A stretch of DNA of 64,000 nt from Verrucomicrobiia bacterium (GTDB lineage: Bacteria > Verrucomicrobiota > Verrucomicrobiia > JADLBR01). Shown in pieces: positions 42,430 to 53,100 of this stretch. The notes under the pieces were generated by a model. That model was not told the origin of the DNA and did no database searches. It saw nothing but the letters and a program-made list of their open reading frames with translations. A program made the position numbers and the translations under genes. The stretch lies in the NCBI GenBank assembly GCA_035387945.1, contig DAOOOX010000003.1, positions 10,851 through 74,850 of the forward strand, read 5' to 3'. How positions within the stretch are numbered: position 1 is the first letter of the stretch; each line of letters opens with the position of its first letter.

Positions 42430-44505
42430 ATGAAACCTCGCTCATCCCATCTGCCCCTTGGCCTCTTGGCCCTCCTCGCGCTCGCGCCCACCTCCTGGGC
42501 GCAACAGCAGGGCCGCTCGTTCTCCATCGGCTACGTCTATCCCGCAGGGGCCAAACAGGGCACGACGTCCGAACACGTCATCGCCGGCCAGTTCCTCAAC
42601 GGCGCCACCAACATCTACGTCTCGGGCGGCGGCGTATCCGCCACCGTCACCGACTTTATCCACCCCATCAGCGGCAAAGAACTCAACAACGCCCGGATAC
42701 AAGTCGATGAGCTGCTGGCCCGAAAGGCCGTCGTCCAGAAGAACTTCAAGGCGCTGGAGAACTTCAGGAGCTTCAAGAACTCCAAGGACATCAAGAGCAG
42801 CGCGACCGACGACAAGGAGATAGAGGAACTCAAAAAGAAATACGCCAATGCGACATGGACGGCGGCCGACGAAAAGTTGCTGGCCGAGACGAGGAAAAAG
42901 ATGTCCTCCGGCGTCCGCCGCCCCGCCAACCCCGCGATCTGCGAGCTCGTCGTCTGCCAGCTCACGGTCGCCCCCGATGCCACCCCGGGCCGACGCGAAC
43001 TCCGGATCGGCACGACCGCCGGCCTCTCGAATCCGCTCGTGTTTTACGTCGGCGAACTGCCCGAGTTCTCCGAGGCGGCCTCGAAAAATATCGCGGAGCA
43101 GCGCAGTTCCATTGCCAAAACCTCCTTCTCGCCCAAGAAAAAGGGAGCCACGACAAAGTCTGTCATGAACGTCTCCCTTCCCGGGATCATCAACGGGCAG
43201 ATCCTCCCAGGAGAGGTGGACCATTATCATTTCACGGCCAGGAAGGGACAGAAGCTCGTCATCGCGGTCAGCGCGCGCGACCTGATCCCCTATATCTCCG
43301 ATGCCGTCCCCGGCTGGTTCCAGGCCACCCTCTCCCTCTACGATTCCAGCGGCAAGGAACTCGCCTACACGGACGATTTCCGCTTCAACCCCGACCCCGT
43401 CGTCCACTACCAGATTCCGGCTGATGGAGAGTACGCCATCGAGATCAAGGACTCCATCTACCGCGGCCGCGAGGATTTTGTATATCGCATCACGGTCGGC
43501 GAAACACCCTTCATCACCAGCATCTTCCCGCTGGGCGGACCCGCCGGGACCCGGACCGGTGTCGACCTGAACGGATGGAACCTGCCGGCCACCAGGATCG
43601 TCGTCGACGACAGAGATAAGGCCCCCGGGGCCTACCCCATCTCCGTCCGAAAAGATAGCCACGTCTCGAACTTCGTCCCCTTCTCCGTGGACAACCTGCC
43701 GGAATGCCTCGACCAGGAACTCCCCCAAGGCCCTGCGCGCGCGCAGCGCGTCACGCCGCCCGTCATTGTCAACGGCCGCATCCTCAAACCGGACACCGCG
43801 GACACGTTCTCGTTCGAGGGCAAAGCAGGACAGCAGATCGTCGCCGAGGTCATGGCCCGTCGCCTCAATTCGCCCCTCGATTCCTCGCTGCAGCTCACCG
43901 ACGCGGCCGGCAAGGAGATCGCGTTCAATGACGATAACACCGACCGCGGCGCCGGCCTCACCACCCACCATGCCGACTCCTACCTGATCGCCACGCTCCC
44001 CAAGGACGGCACCTACCTCCTGAACCTCAGAGACACGCAACACAAGGGCGGCCCCGAATTCGGATACCGCCTGCGGATCAGCCCCCCGATGCCCGACTTC
44101 GCGCTGCGTGCCGTGCCCTCGACCATCAACGCGCGCGCCGGCTCGAAGATCCCCGTCATCGTCTATGCCCTGCGCAAGGATGGTTTCACCGGCGAGATCG
44201 CAGTCTCGCTCAAGAATCCCCCGCCCGGTTTCATCCTGACCGACGGCAAAGTGCCCTCCAAGGAAGACAAGGTCAAACTCACCCTGACCGCCCCCGAAAA
44301 GCCCAGCCCCAATCCGATAAGCATCGAGTTCGAGGGCCGCGCCAACATCGATGGCAAGGAAATCGTCCGCGCCGCCGTGCCCGCCGACGACCGCATGCAG
44401 GCGTTCGAGTATCGCCATCTCGTCCCTTCCCAAGAAATGTGCGCGTCTGTCTTCGGCCGCGCCGACACCAAGAAGCGAAGCGGCCGCCAGAAAAAGCTGA
44501 ACTGA
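42430..44505 (+). CDS. secreted protein with two pre-peptidase C-terminal (PPC)-like beta-sandwich domains
   Basis: Signal peptide. Two PPC-like segments (GEVDHYHFTARKGQKLVIAVSA...YDSSGKELAYTDD and DTFSFEGKAGQQIVAEVMA...TDAAGKEIAFNDDN). The start overlaps the DUF1501 stop. Confidence 0.7.
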   Translation: MKPRSSHLPLGLLALLALAPTSWAQQQGRSFSIGYVYPAGAKQGTTSEHVIAGQFLNGATNIYVSGGGVSATVTDFIHPISGKELNNARIQVDELLARKAVVQKNFKALENFRSFKNSKDIKSSATDDKEIEELKKKYANATWTAADEKLLAETRKKMSSGVRRPANPAICELVVCQLTVAPDATPGRRELRIGTTAGLSNPLVFYVGELPEFSEAASKNIAEQRSSIAKTSFSPKKKGATTKSVMNVSLPGIINGQILPGEVDHYHFTARKGQKLVIAVSARDLIPYISDAVPGWFQATLSLYDSSGKELAYTDDFRFNPDPVVHYQIPADGEYAIEIKDSIYRGREDFVYRITVGETPFITSIFPLGGPAGTRTGVDLNGWNLPATRIVVDDRDKAPGAYPISVRKDSHVSNFVPFSVDNLPECLDQELPQGPARAQRVTPPVIVNGRILKPDTADTFSFEGKAGQQIVAEVMARRLNSPLDSSLQLTDAAGKEIAFNDDNTDRGAGLTTHHADSYLIATLPKDGTYLLNLRDTQHKGGPEFGYRLRISPPMPDFALRAVPSTINARAGSKIPVIVYALRKDGFTGEIAVSLKNPPPGFILTDGKVPSKEDKVKLTLTAPEKPSPNPISIEFEGRANIDGKEIVRAAVPADDRMQAFEYRHLVPSQEMCASVFGRADTKKRSGRQKKLN

Positions 44506-44513
44506 CCTCCTAA

Positions 44514-44549
44514 CCTGCATATTTCACGCTTCCGCGTGAAATATGCAGG
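44514..44549 (+). terminator. 36-nt perfect palindrome (cctgcatatttcacgc-ttcc-gcgtgaaatatgcagg) 9 nt after the stop; terminator or operator-like element
   Basis: 16-bp perfect stem seen directly. No U-tract. It shares the TTTCAC...GTGAAA core with the repeats at 7004-7027 and 44703-44726. Confidence 0.35.
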
Positions 44550-44687
44550 CTCAAGGGAAAACCGCGCTCCGAAGAACGCGACTTTGAAGGGTCTGGGACC
44601 ACCGGTTCGCGAAACACACTCCGCAACCGCGAAAAAACCCAGTCTTTGCCTGACCTTTCCCAACAAATGGCTTTCATGGCGCGGTTT

Positions 44688-44740
44688 TCCCAGAGCCCGG
44701 AATTTCACAGCCGGCAGGCTGTGGAATATCCGGGCTAACG
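44688..44740 (-). repeat. Copy B (inverted orientation) of the ~50-bp hairpin-containing intergenic repeat seen at 6993-7042
   Basis: The reverse complement reads agcccggatattccacagcctgccggctgtgaaattccgggctctggg, against gctcggatgtttcacagcctgccggctgtgaaattccgggttctggg for copy A. Confidence 0.5.
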
Positions 44741-44915
44741 CGGGGGCCCGATGCCACAGCCGCATTGGGCCTGCGCTTGCCGAAGACTGGCTCTGGGCCC
44801 TCAGCCGTGGGCAGGAGAGTGGCAGCCGGGTGCGTTCATCTGTTCGTAAATTGGTGATATTTGTACGCGATCTGGCGTTGCCGCCCCCACGCGACAATGC
44901 CTAGCGTCCCGGTTG

Positions 44916-47420
44916 ATGACCCGCCGCACACTTTCCCTTGCCGTTCACCGGATCGCCTTCGCCGTCGCGATGCTCGCCCACGGCGCCGCCGCCGCCGCGC
45001 CAGCCACCCAGATCACCGTCCGCGCCGATCGGCCCGGGGCGACGGTCAGCCCCACCCTCTGGGGGCTTTTCTTCGAGGAGATTAACCACGCTGGCGACGG
45101 CGGCCTCTACGCGGAAATGATCCAGAATCGCTCCTTCGAGGAGACACTGCCCGTCGAGGGCTGCACGATCGACGGCACCGAGTGTCGGGCGCCGGACTTA
45201 CCAGACTACGTGAGCGGAAACTCCAAGCACTTCACGGTCCCCTGGACCTTCCCCTCTCCGTGGCCCGCCTGGTCGCTCGAAACCAACGGCCCGCCCGCCG
45301 CAATGTCCCTCGAGTCCGAACGACCCGCCCACCCCAAAAATGTGCGATACCTCCGCCTCACGATCCCCACCGGCGCCTCGCCACGGCTTCTCAATGAGGG
45401 TTACTGGGGCGTCAGCGCCAAGGCCGGCGCTGATTACGACTTCTCGTGCCGCGCTCGCGCCGCCGCAGGCTTCTCCGGCCCTCTCGAAATCGGCATCTTG
45501 GACCACAACGGTCAGGTCATCGCCAAATCCTCCACCCCACCCGTCACCAAGGACGCGTGGCACAAGTATGAAGCGACGCTCACCGCAACCACCACCGATT
45601 CCCAAGCCCGCTTCTTCCTCAAACCCCTCTCCGCTGGCCAACTCGACCTCGACGCGGTCTCGTTGTTCCCGCGCCACACTTTCAAGGATCGTCGCAACGG
45701 CTGTCGCCCCGACCTCGCCCAGCTCCTCGCGGACCTCAGGCCCGCCTTCCTTCGCTTCCCCGGAGGATGCGTCGTCGAGGGCGCCACCATGGAGAACCGC
45801 TATCGCTGGAAGGAAACCATCGGTGACATCGCCGCACGCCCCGGCCACTGGAGCCTATGGGGCTATCGGAATATCGACGGGCTCGGCTATCACGAGTTCC
45901 TCCAGCTCTGCGAGGACATCGGCGCACAGGGCATGTACGTCGTCAACTGCGGGCTGTCCTGCACCGGCCGCAACGGCGACTTCTGGCCCGAGGACCGCAT
46001 CCATGAGCTGATCCAGGACACGTGCGATGCCGTCGAATATGCCCTCGGCCCAGCCGACTCGAAATGGGGCGCCGAGCGCGCCAAGAACGGCCATCCCGCC
46101 CCATTCCCTTTAAAGTATCTCGAGGTCGGCAACGAGAATTTCGGCCCCCGCTATGAGACCTATTACCGCCTCTTCGCAAGGGCGCTGAAGGACAGATGGC
46201 CCCAGATCACCCTCATCTGCGACGTCGGCCTGGCCGGTGCCGATGTCCACGACCAGCATTTCTATGTCGCGCCATCCTTCTTCTTTGAGAATTTTCATCG
46301 CTACGACGCGCGCCCCGGCCCCGAGTCCCCGCCGAAAGTCTACGTCGGAGAATACGCCGTCAACCGCGATGTCGGCGCCGGCAACCTCCTCGCCGCACTC
46401 GCAGAATCCGCATTCATGCTCGGCATGGAGCGCAATAGCGATTACGTGATCATGGCCAGCTACGCGCCACTATTCTACAACGTCAACGACCGCAGGTGGC
46501 CCGTCAACCTCATCGGTTTCGACAACGCCCGCTCCTTCGGCCGCGCCAGCTACTACGCCCAGAAGATGTTCGCGAACAACCGCCCCGACGTCATTCTCGC
46601 ATGCGAATCCACATCCCCGAACCTTGAACTCCCAGGGCCCGGCGGTGCCGCTGGCGTCGGCACGTGGGCCACCCAAACCGAATTCAAAGACATCCGCGTC
46701 ACGCGAAACGGAAAGACCCTCTTCGAAAGCAATTTCTCCAAGGGCCTGGGAGCATGGCGGACAAAAGGCGGCACGTGGTCCGTCGCCGAGGGCATCCTGC
46801 GCCAATTGGGACCTGACCGCGGCGCGCGCGCCCTCATCGGCGATAACACGTGGCGCGATTACACCCTCTCCCTCAAGGCGCGGAAGATCTCCGGGGCCGA
46901 GGGTTTCCTCATCCTGTTCCAGACCCAAAAGGACAACGCCAAGAATTGGTGGAATCTCGGCGGCTGGGGCAACAAACAGCACGGTCTCGAGGTCCACGGC
47001 GTCGATGCCCCACGCGTCCCCGGCACCATTGAGACAGGGCGCTGGTATGACATCCGCGTCGAACTCGACGGCCCCCGCATCAGATGCTTCCTCGACGGCC
47101 AGCTCATCCACGAAGTCACTCGCCGCCCACTGCCCTCACTTTACGCCGGCGCCGGAAGAACAGACTCTGGCGAAATCATCCTCAAAGCCGTCAACGCCGC
47201 CGCCAAACCGCAGACCGCCCAGATAAACATCACGGGCATCGGCACCATCGGCAAGACCGCGAAGGTCTCAACCCTGGCACACCCCGACCCAGAGGCCGAA
47301 AACTCCCTCGGCGAACCCCGCAAGATCGTGCCCGTCGAATCCACAGTCGACATCCCCGGTCCCTCTTTTTCCCATGCCCTCCCCGCCAACTCCCTGACCA
47401 TCCTCCGGCTCACACCATGA
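44916..47420 (+). CDS. GH51-type alpha-L-arabinofuranosidase with an N-terminal beta-sandwich and a C-terminal DUF1080/LamG-like domain
   Basis: Signal peptide. GLFFEEINHAGDGGLYAEMIQNRSFEE, the (beta/alpha)8 core (LRFPGGCVVEG...LEVGNENFG), and a C-terminal jelly-roll region (WRDYTLSLKARKISGAEGFLILFQ). Confidence 0.8.
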   Translation: MTRRTLSLAVHRIAFAVAMLAHGAAAAAPATQITVRADRPGATVSPTLWGLFFEEINHAGDGGLYAEMIQNRSFEETLPVEGCTIDGTECRAPDLPDYVSGNSKHFTVPWTFPSPWPAWSLETNGPPAAMSLESERPAHPKNVRYLRLTIPTGASPRLLNEGYWGVSAKAGADYDFSCRARAAAGFSGPLEIGILDHNGQVIAKSSTPPVTKDAWHKYEATLTATTTDSQARFFLKPLSAGQLDLDAVSLFPRHTFKDRRNGCRPDLAQLLADLRPAFLRFPGGCVVEGATMENRYRWKETIGDIAARPGHWSLWGYRNIDGLGYHEFLQLCEDIGAQGMYVVNCGLSCTGRNGDFWPEDRIHELIQDTCDAVEYALGPADSKWGAERAKNGHPAPFPLKYLEVGNENFGPRYETYYRLFARALKDRWPQITLICDVGLAGADVHDQHFYVAPSFFFENFHRYDARPGPESPPKVYVGEYAVNRDVGAGNLLAALAESAFMLGMERNSDYVIMASYAPLFYNVNDRRWPVNLIGFDNARSFGRASYYAQKMFANNRPDVILACESTSPNLELPGPGGAAGVGTWATQTEFKDIRVTRNGKTLFESNFSKGLGAWRTKGGTWSVAEGILRQLGPDRGARALIGDNTWRDYTLSLKARKISGAEGFLILFQTQKDNAKNWWNLGGWGNKQHGLEVHGVDAPRVPGTIETGRWYDIRVELDGPRIRCFLDGQLIHEVTRRPLPSLYAGAGRTDSGEIILKAVNAAAKPQTAQINITGIGTIGKTAKVSTLAHPDPEAENSLGEPRKIVPVESTVDIPGPSFSHALPANSLTILRLTP

Positions 47421-47527
47421 GTCAGGGGCTCATGGTTCCAAACGCCTAAACGAGGATGGGCGGCCAGGACCTGCCACCCATCCAGAATTGCCTTTTGCCC
47501 CCGCCTCCTGTATCCACCGTACACGCT

Positions 47528-49168
47528 ATGCCCGACGCACCGGCGCCCACCCACGGCCTGCCCCCGCGCCGGATCTCCGAGGTCGCCGCGGAACTCGGCC
47601 TCGACCTCGAACAGATCCTGCCTCACGGCCACCATATCGCGAAAATCCCCATCGCGGAGCTACAGAAACGCGCCTCCGCACCCGACGGACGCCTGATCCT
47701 CGTCTCGGCGATGACGCCCACGCCGCAGGGCGAGGGAAAGACCACCGCCACCATCGGCCTCGCCGACGCCCTCCGGTGCCTCGGCCGCAAGGCCATGATC
47801 TGCCTCCGCGAACCCTCCCTCGGCCCCTACTTCGGCATTAAGGGCGGCGGCACCGGCGCTGGACGCGCGCAGGTGGTCCCCGCCGAGGATATCAACCTGC
47901 ACTTCGTCGGCGACATGTACGCGGTCGAGAAGGCCAACAACCTTCTCTGCGCCATGGCCGACAACCACCTCCAACACGGCAACGAGCACGGCCTCGACCC
48001 CCGCCGCATCGTCCTTCGCCGCGTCATCGACCTCAACGAGCGGTCGCTCCGCGACATCATCGTCGGCCTCGGCGGCCCCATGCACGGCGTGCCCCGGCGC
48101 GACGGTTTCAACATCACCCCCGCATCCGAGGTCATGGCCATCCTCTGCCTGGCCAGGGATTACGCCGACCTCGGCGACCGCATGAGCCGCATGATCGTCG
48201 GATTCACCTACAAGGGTGAGCCCGTCCGCGCCGATTCCCTCCAGGCCGTCGGCGCCATGCAGGTCCTGCTCCGAGACGCCGTCCACCCCAACCTCGTCCA
48301 GTCCCTCGAGGGCACCCCCGCCTTCGTGCACGGCGGCCCCTTCGCCAACATCGCACAGGGCACCAACACCGCCATCGCCACCCGCCTGGCGCTCAAACTC
48401 GCCGACATCGTCGTCACCGAGGCCGGTTTCGCCACGGACCTCGGCGCGGAGAAATTCTTCGACATCAAGTGCCGGTCCGCCGGACTCAACCCGTCGGCCG
48501 CAGTCATCGTCGCCACCGCCAAGGCCATCGAGTACCACGGCGGCTTCAAAACCCACGGCGGCTCAGGAAACCTCGCGAAACATATCGAGAACATCCGCCT
48601 CTTCGGCGTCCAACCCGTCGTCTGCATCAGCCGCTTCCCAGACGACTCGGCGGCCAACCTCCGCAAGATCGTCAAATTCTGTGAGTCCCTGGGCACCGAG
48701 GCCGTGGTCTCAGAGCACTACGACAAGGGCGGCACCGGGGCAGTGGGCCTCGCGCAAGCGGTTCTCCGCGCAACGGCCAGGCATCGCCGCCGTGAACCGC
48801 GTTTCCTCTACCCCCTCGATATGCCACTGGATAAGAAAATTGAGATGGTCGCCAAGAAGCTCTACGGCGCCGACGGCACCGACTTTGATCGCCGCGCGCG
48901 CGAGGACCTCCAACTCCTCGAAAAGCAGGGCCTCTCCAGACTCCCCGTCTGCATCGCCAAAACCCCCCTGTCTCTCTCCGACAACCCTGCCCTCCGCGGG
49001 CGACCCTCCGGTTTCCGGATCACCGTCAACGAGCTTCGCATCTCCGCCGGCGCGGGCTTCGTCGTCGCCATCTGCGGGAACATCGTCACCATGCCCGGAC
49101 TCCCCAAAGTACCCGCCGCCGCGCGGATCAAGGTGCTGCCCTCCGGCCACGCCACCGGGTTGACCTAA
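47528..49168 (+). CDS. fhs: formate--tetrahydrofolate ligase
   Basis: ILVSAMTPTPQGEGKTTATIGLADAL...LGPYFGIKGGGTGAGRAQVVP...EKANNLL is diagnostic of FTHFS. Confidence 0.9.
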   Translation: MPDAPAPTHGLPPRRISEVAAELGLDLEQILPHGHHIAKIPIAELQKRASAPDGRLILVSAMTPTPQGEGKTTATIGLADALRCLGRKAMICLREPSLGPYFGIKGGGTGAGRAQVVPAEDINLHFVGDMYAVEKANNLLCAMADNHLQHGNEHGLDPRRIVLRRVIDLNERSLRDIIVGLGGPMHGVPRRDGFNITPASEVMAILCLARDYADLGDRMSRMIVGFTYKGEPVRADSLQAVGAMQVLLRDAVHPNLVQSLEGTPAFVHGGPFANIAQGTNTAIATRLALKLADIVVTEAGFATDLGAEKFFDIKCRSAGLNPSAAVIVATAKAIEYHGGFKTHGGSGNLAKHIENIRLFGVQPVVCISRFPDDSAANLRKIVKFCESLGTEAVVSEHYDKGGTGAVGLAQAVLRATARHRRREPRFLYPLDMPLDKKIEMVAKKLYGADGTDFDRRAREDLQLLEKQGLSRLPVCIAKTPLSLSDNPALRGRPSGFRITVNELRISAGAGFVVAICGNIVTMPGLPKVPAAARIKVLPSGHATGLT

Positions 49169-50074
49169 ATGTCCTCCAGCGCGCGTCTTCCCGGCACCCC
49201 ATGCGCCATGGATGACTACGAACTCTTGGACAGCGGCGACGGCCGCAAATATGAGCGCTTTGGTCAATACCGGCTCATCCGCCCCTGCGCGCAGGCAATC
49301 TGGAGGCCTCAGAAAAGCCAATCGGACTGGATGAAGGCAGACGCCACCTTCGATCGCTCACAGGGGAATCGATGGAATCTGAAAACGGGATTGCCGGAGG
49401 AGTGGTCTATCACCGTCTCGGGGATCCGGTTTCGCCTCTCTATTACCGCCTTCGGTCATCTCGGCATTTTCCCAGAGCAACGAGACTCATGGGCATGGAT
49501 CACCCGAAGGCTCGGCGCCTTCGTCAAAGGGACTGGAAATCATGCCACGGTCCTGAACCTCTTCGCCTATTCCGGTGGTGCCACCATGGCCGCCGCACGG
49601 GCGGGCGCCCGGGTCTGCCATGTCGACGCATCCAAGGGGATGGTCACATGGGCGCGGGAAAACGCCGCCCTCAATGGCCTCGCCGACGCACCCATCCAAT
49701 GGATCGTTGACGACGCCAATCGCTTTCTGGATCGCGAGATCAGGCGCGGCAAGAAATACGATGCCATCATCCTCGACCCACCCACGTTCGGCCACGGTCG
49801 GCGCAACGAAATCTACAAGATCGACGAGAAACTCTCCGCGACCATCGATAGATGCGGCTCACTCATGTCGGAATCGCCCGCCTTTATCCTCCTGTCATCG
49901 CACACGCCCTACTGCACGCCAGTCGCCCTCGCGAATGTCTTGCAAGCCATCACCCCAAGAACCGGTGGTCCCGCGCTCCAGTGCGGCGAGATGCTCCTCA
50001 CAGGAGAACAGGGCGTCCTGCCCCTCCCGAGCGGCACCTACGCGAGATGGTCACCGTCCGCGGAAAAAACATAA
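49169..50074 (+). CDS. class I SAM-dependent (rRNA) methyltransferase, RlmI/YccW-like C-terminal type
   Basis: YELLDSGDGRKYERFG...VLNLFAYSGGATMAAARAGARVCHVDAS...AIILDPPTFG. The ATG abuts the fhs TAA. Confidence 0.75.
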   Translation: MSSSARLPGTPCAMDDYELLDSGDGRKYERFGQYRLIRPCAQAIWRPQKSQSDWMKADATFDRSQGNRWNLKTGLPEEWSITVSGIRFRLSITAFGHLGIFPEQRDSWAWITRRLGAFVKGTGNHATVLNLFAYSGGATMAAARAGARVCHVDASKGMVTWARENAALNGLADAPIQWIVDDANRFLDREIRRGKKYDAIILDPPTFGHGRRNEIYKIDEKLSATIDRCGSLMSESPAFILLSSHTPYCTPVALANVLQAITPRTGGPALQCGEMLLTGEQGVLPLPSGTYARWSPSAEKT

Positions 50075-50143
50075 CGGCGCGGCACTCGCTCCGAAATCCC
50101 GCCCGTGAAACGCGCGAGCCTTCTCGCATGCGTTTTTCGTCCC

Positions 50144-53100
50144 TCACTTTGGCGCCCGGGCAACGCGAACGCGGTCCGGCTCGCCCAGCGGCCCGAACCG
50201 AAGGGTGTCCACACCCCAAGGGCCGGTTACGGTCACCACGTCCGATCCGCGTTCCGCGATGCACCGAATGGCGACGGCGGGTCGAGAATCACGAAACGGA
50301 GTCAGGGCCCAGGCGAGCGTGACGGGGCCCTCTGCCCGAACCTTATAATCGAGACAAGGCCGCGGCTGCCGACGGGCAACCAGCCCCCACCCGAGCACGG
50401 GATCCTCGCGACCCTTGACGATCTCCAAGGTCAGCGCGGGATTTGGCGCGGGAGTCACCTGCAAATTCGCGGCCCGTGGCTCGGTGCCCCACGCCGCGCC
50501 AGTCTCCGGATCACGGTCGGCGTCGTTGCTATCAAGATGCCAGAGAATGTCGTAGTCGTGTTTCCCGGCTCCCTCGAGCCTATCGACGACAACCCAGTAG
50601 TCCGGTTTCACAAACACGACCGTCCGGTGGTGGACCATCTTGACCTCGTGCTTCGGACCATAGCCGCGGTCGTACGCACCATCGGCGGCATCGAATTCAG
50701 GCGTGGTGACCCACAGGTTTCTGCAGGGCGCGGCAGTCTCGTACGTTTCCTTAAGCCCCCTGCGGTGTTGTTCTTGGCCATCGACAATAATGGTGTTGTG
50801 CGACCACGTGCCCAGCACATGCCGGCGCCACTTGCTCTGGTCGTATGAGTAAACGCCCCCTTCCGTCAGGAGCGTGCGGCCGAGCGCCCAGATGAATAGC
50901 GTGAGCTTGTCCTCGTGCTGGTGGCCGATCCCGTACGGCCCGGCCTCGAAATGGAGGTATTTGTCCTCGGTCCCCCACCCCGATCGCATGACGTACCACC
51001 CGGCGTATGGGAGCGCAACCGAAGTGGCTTCGGGACGGCGCCCCTCCACACCCCGGGTCGCGGCCCACAGAAAATCCTCCCTGCCGAAAAGCCCCGCCCC
51101 CTCGCGGAGCGATTCCATCACGGCCGTCGGTCCGGCGTCGTTGAGCGGCGGGAGGAAGCCCTCCGGCGTCATGACGCGAAGGTTGTAATCATACATGCGC
51201 TCCAGCAGCCGCTGGTACTGCGGCGGCATGTCCACCGCATTGAGGTGCGCCAGGCGCAAGAGGCCGACGAAATTCCTGAGCGAAACCTGATGGTAGCCGG
51301 TCGTGAGTTCTTTCTGCGCCCCATCGGGATAGACCTGGCGATCAAGCTCGGCGCTCAGACGATCGATCGCGGTCTTCCGCCACAGTGCGGCATCGCGGCA
51401 CTCGGGCAACAGGATGCCGAGGTGCCCCAGGCCATTGCATTCCATCGTCACCCAGTTGCCCTCGTGTTCTGGATGCTCCACCGTGATGCGCATCAGGTGC
51501 CGCGCGTGCTCGATCCAGGACTTCAGAAAAGTCACCAGATCATCGGCGGTGAGCGAGGGCGAACCCAGGAAACGGCACAAGGCGTCCGGCCACGTTCCGG
51601 ATGTGCGAATACCGGCCTCGATCGTTCGCCACGTCAGGGTTTCGTTGCCGGTGGAATAACGGGGCAAGGGATTGTCCTCGATCCATGAGCGCATCTGCGC
51701 GATCCACTCCTTCGCGTACTTCTCGTCCCCCGTCCGCCAGTAGGCATCGCCGAGCGCATTCCAATCGGGGAAACGGTTGAGGCCATACGTCCACTCGCGG
51801 GTAAAGGCCGGCTCGGTCGGCGGCAGCTTGTTCGCCTGCCAGTTGATCCGCTCCCCAACGAAGAATCCGCCATGAATATGGCGGCAGACGTTTTCGGCGG
51901 CCCGGACATCGGGCGTTTCCGATTCGCAGATGATCGTGATCCGGTCCCCGGTGGCCTTTCCCGACCAAAGCCAGAAGCTCAGCGCCGCCCACGGCGTCCA
52001 GTCTCTGGGGACCGCCTCGCAGGCGACGCCACCGGCCGGATTCGTCCAGAGACCGGATTGTTTGCCGGACTTCGCAACCCCACTGAGCGGGACCAGCCCG
52101 CGCCATGCGTCGAAGGCGAATGATGCCTCGAAATCGCCGAGGCCTTGGGGCGCCGCACCCTCCAGTCGGATATCATCGAAGGCAAGGCGCGTGTCGGGCT
52201 TGGGTTTCCGATCACCATAGGTCGCGCTGAACGAAAGTTTGTTGATATGCTGCCATCCGATGGGTTTTCGCGATGGCTTGAACTGGCTCAACGGAATCGT
52301 GAATTGCTTCCAGCCCTCGAAGTTAATCGTGATCGCCGTGCCGAAGTAGTCCCAGCCCTCGCTCCCGCCTTTCACGGGCACCGTCCCGCTCGGCCGCTCG
52401 CGCCAGTCGAACCACCACTTCGGTGTCGCCCGATCGCGCATGTGTCGCAACATGGCCTCCTTGGCCGCGCGCATGTCGGCGCGTCCAACCGCTTCCTTCA
52501 CCGCCGCGAGATCGGGACGCGAAAGATCCAGTTGGGCGAAGAACTCCGCGTCGTCGATCCCGGGCCCCGGCCGAGGCGGATTGACCACCAGCTCAAATTG
52601 ATCCAGCCGCAGATCCGCTTCCGGGTGCGGTGTGTTGCCCCAGCCCGCGGCCGTGAGCGTGATCCCGTCGACGTTGTCCCAGCCCCTGGGCGAACGAGTG
52701 CCTCCCGGTCCACCTACCGGAAGGACGATCTGTTTCCAGCCCACAAAGTTCAACGCGATGGTGTAGCCCCAGTAGTCCTCACCCTTGGTGGCCGGATTCT
52801 CCGAAGAGATGATCACTGTCACGCGAGCCGGAACGGCCTTGGCGCTGTAGAGCCAATAGCGCAATTCGTGGTACCCCGTCCAATCCTTCGGAACGTTCGG
52901 CACCGAGAGCGCTGGGTGTGCCGGATGATTGCGCCAAACGACCGCCCCGTTGCCGGACTTCGCATCGGCGGTTGTCACCTGAACCCCCGGAATGGCCGCC
53001 GCGGCCTCGCAATCCCAAACCACCAGGGGCGATGGCTTCGCGGATGCTGGACCCCCGTGGGCCGCGCCCAGGCTAACCCAAGCGATCGGCGTTATCACAA

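Noticed and set aside
47421-47527. Possible ZTP (pfl) riboswitch upstream of fhs, where such riboswitches often occur. The region contains ggatgggcggccaggacctgccacccatcc.
   Set aside because: I could not match the conserved GGGUCGUGAC-UGGCG / CCGGGG / CCGCCUGGGC pseudoknot elements on either strand. It is more likely a terminator-like hairpin of the upstream GH51 gene. cmscan with RF01750 would settle it.
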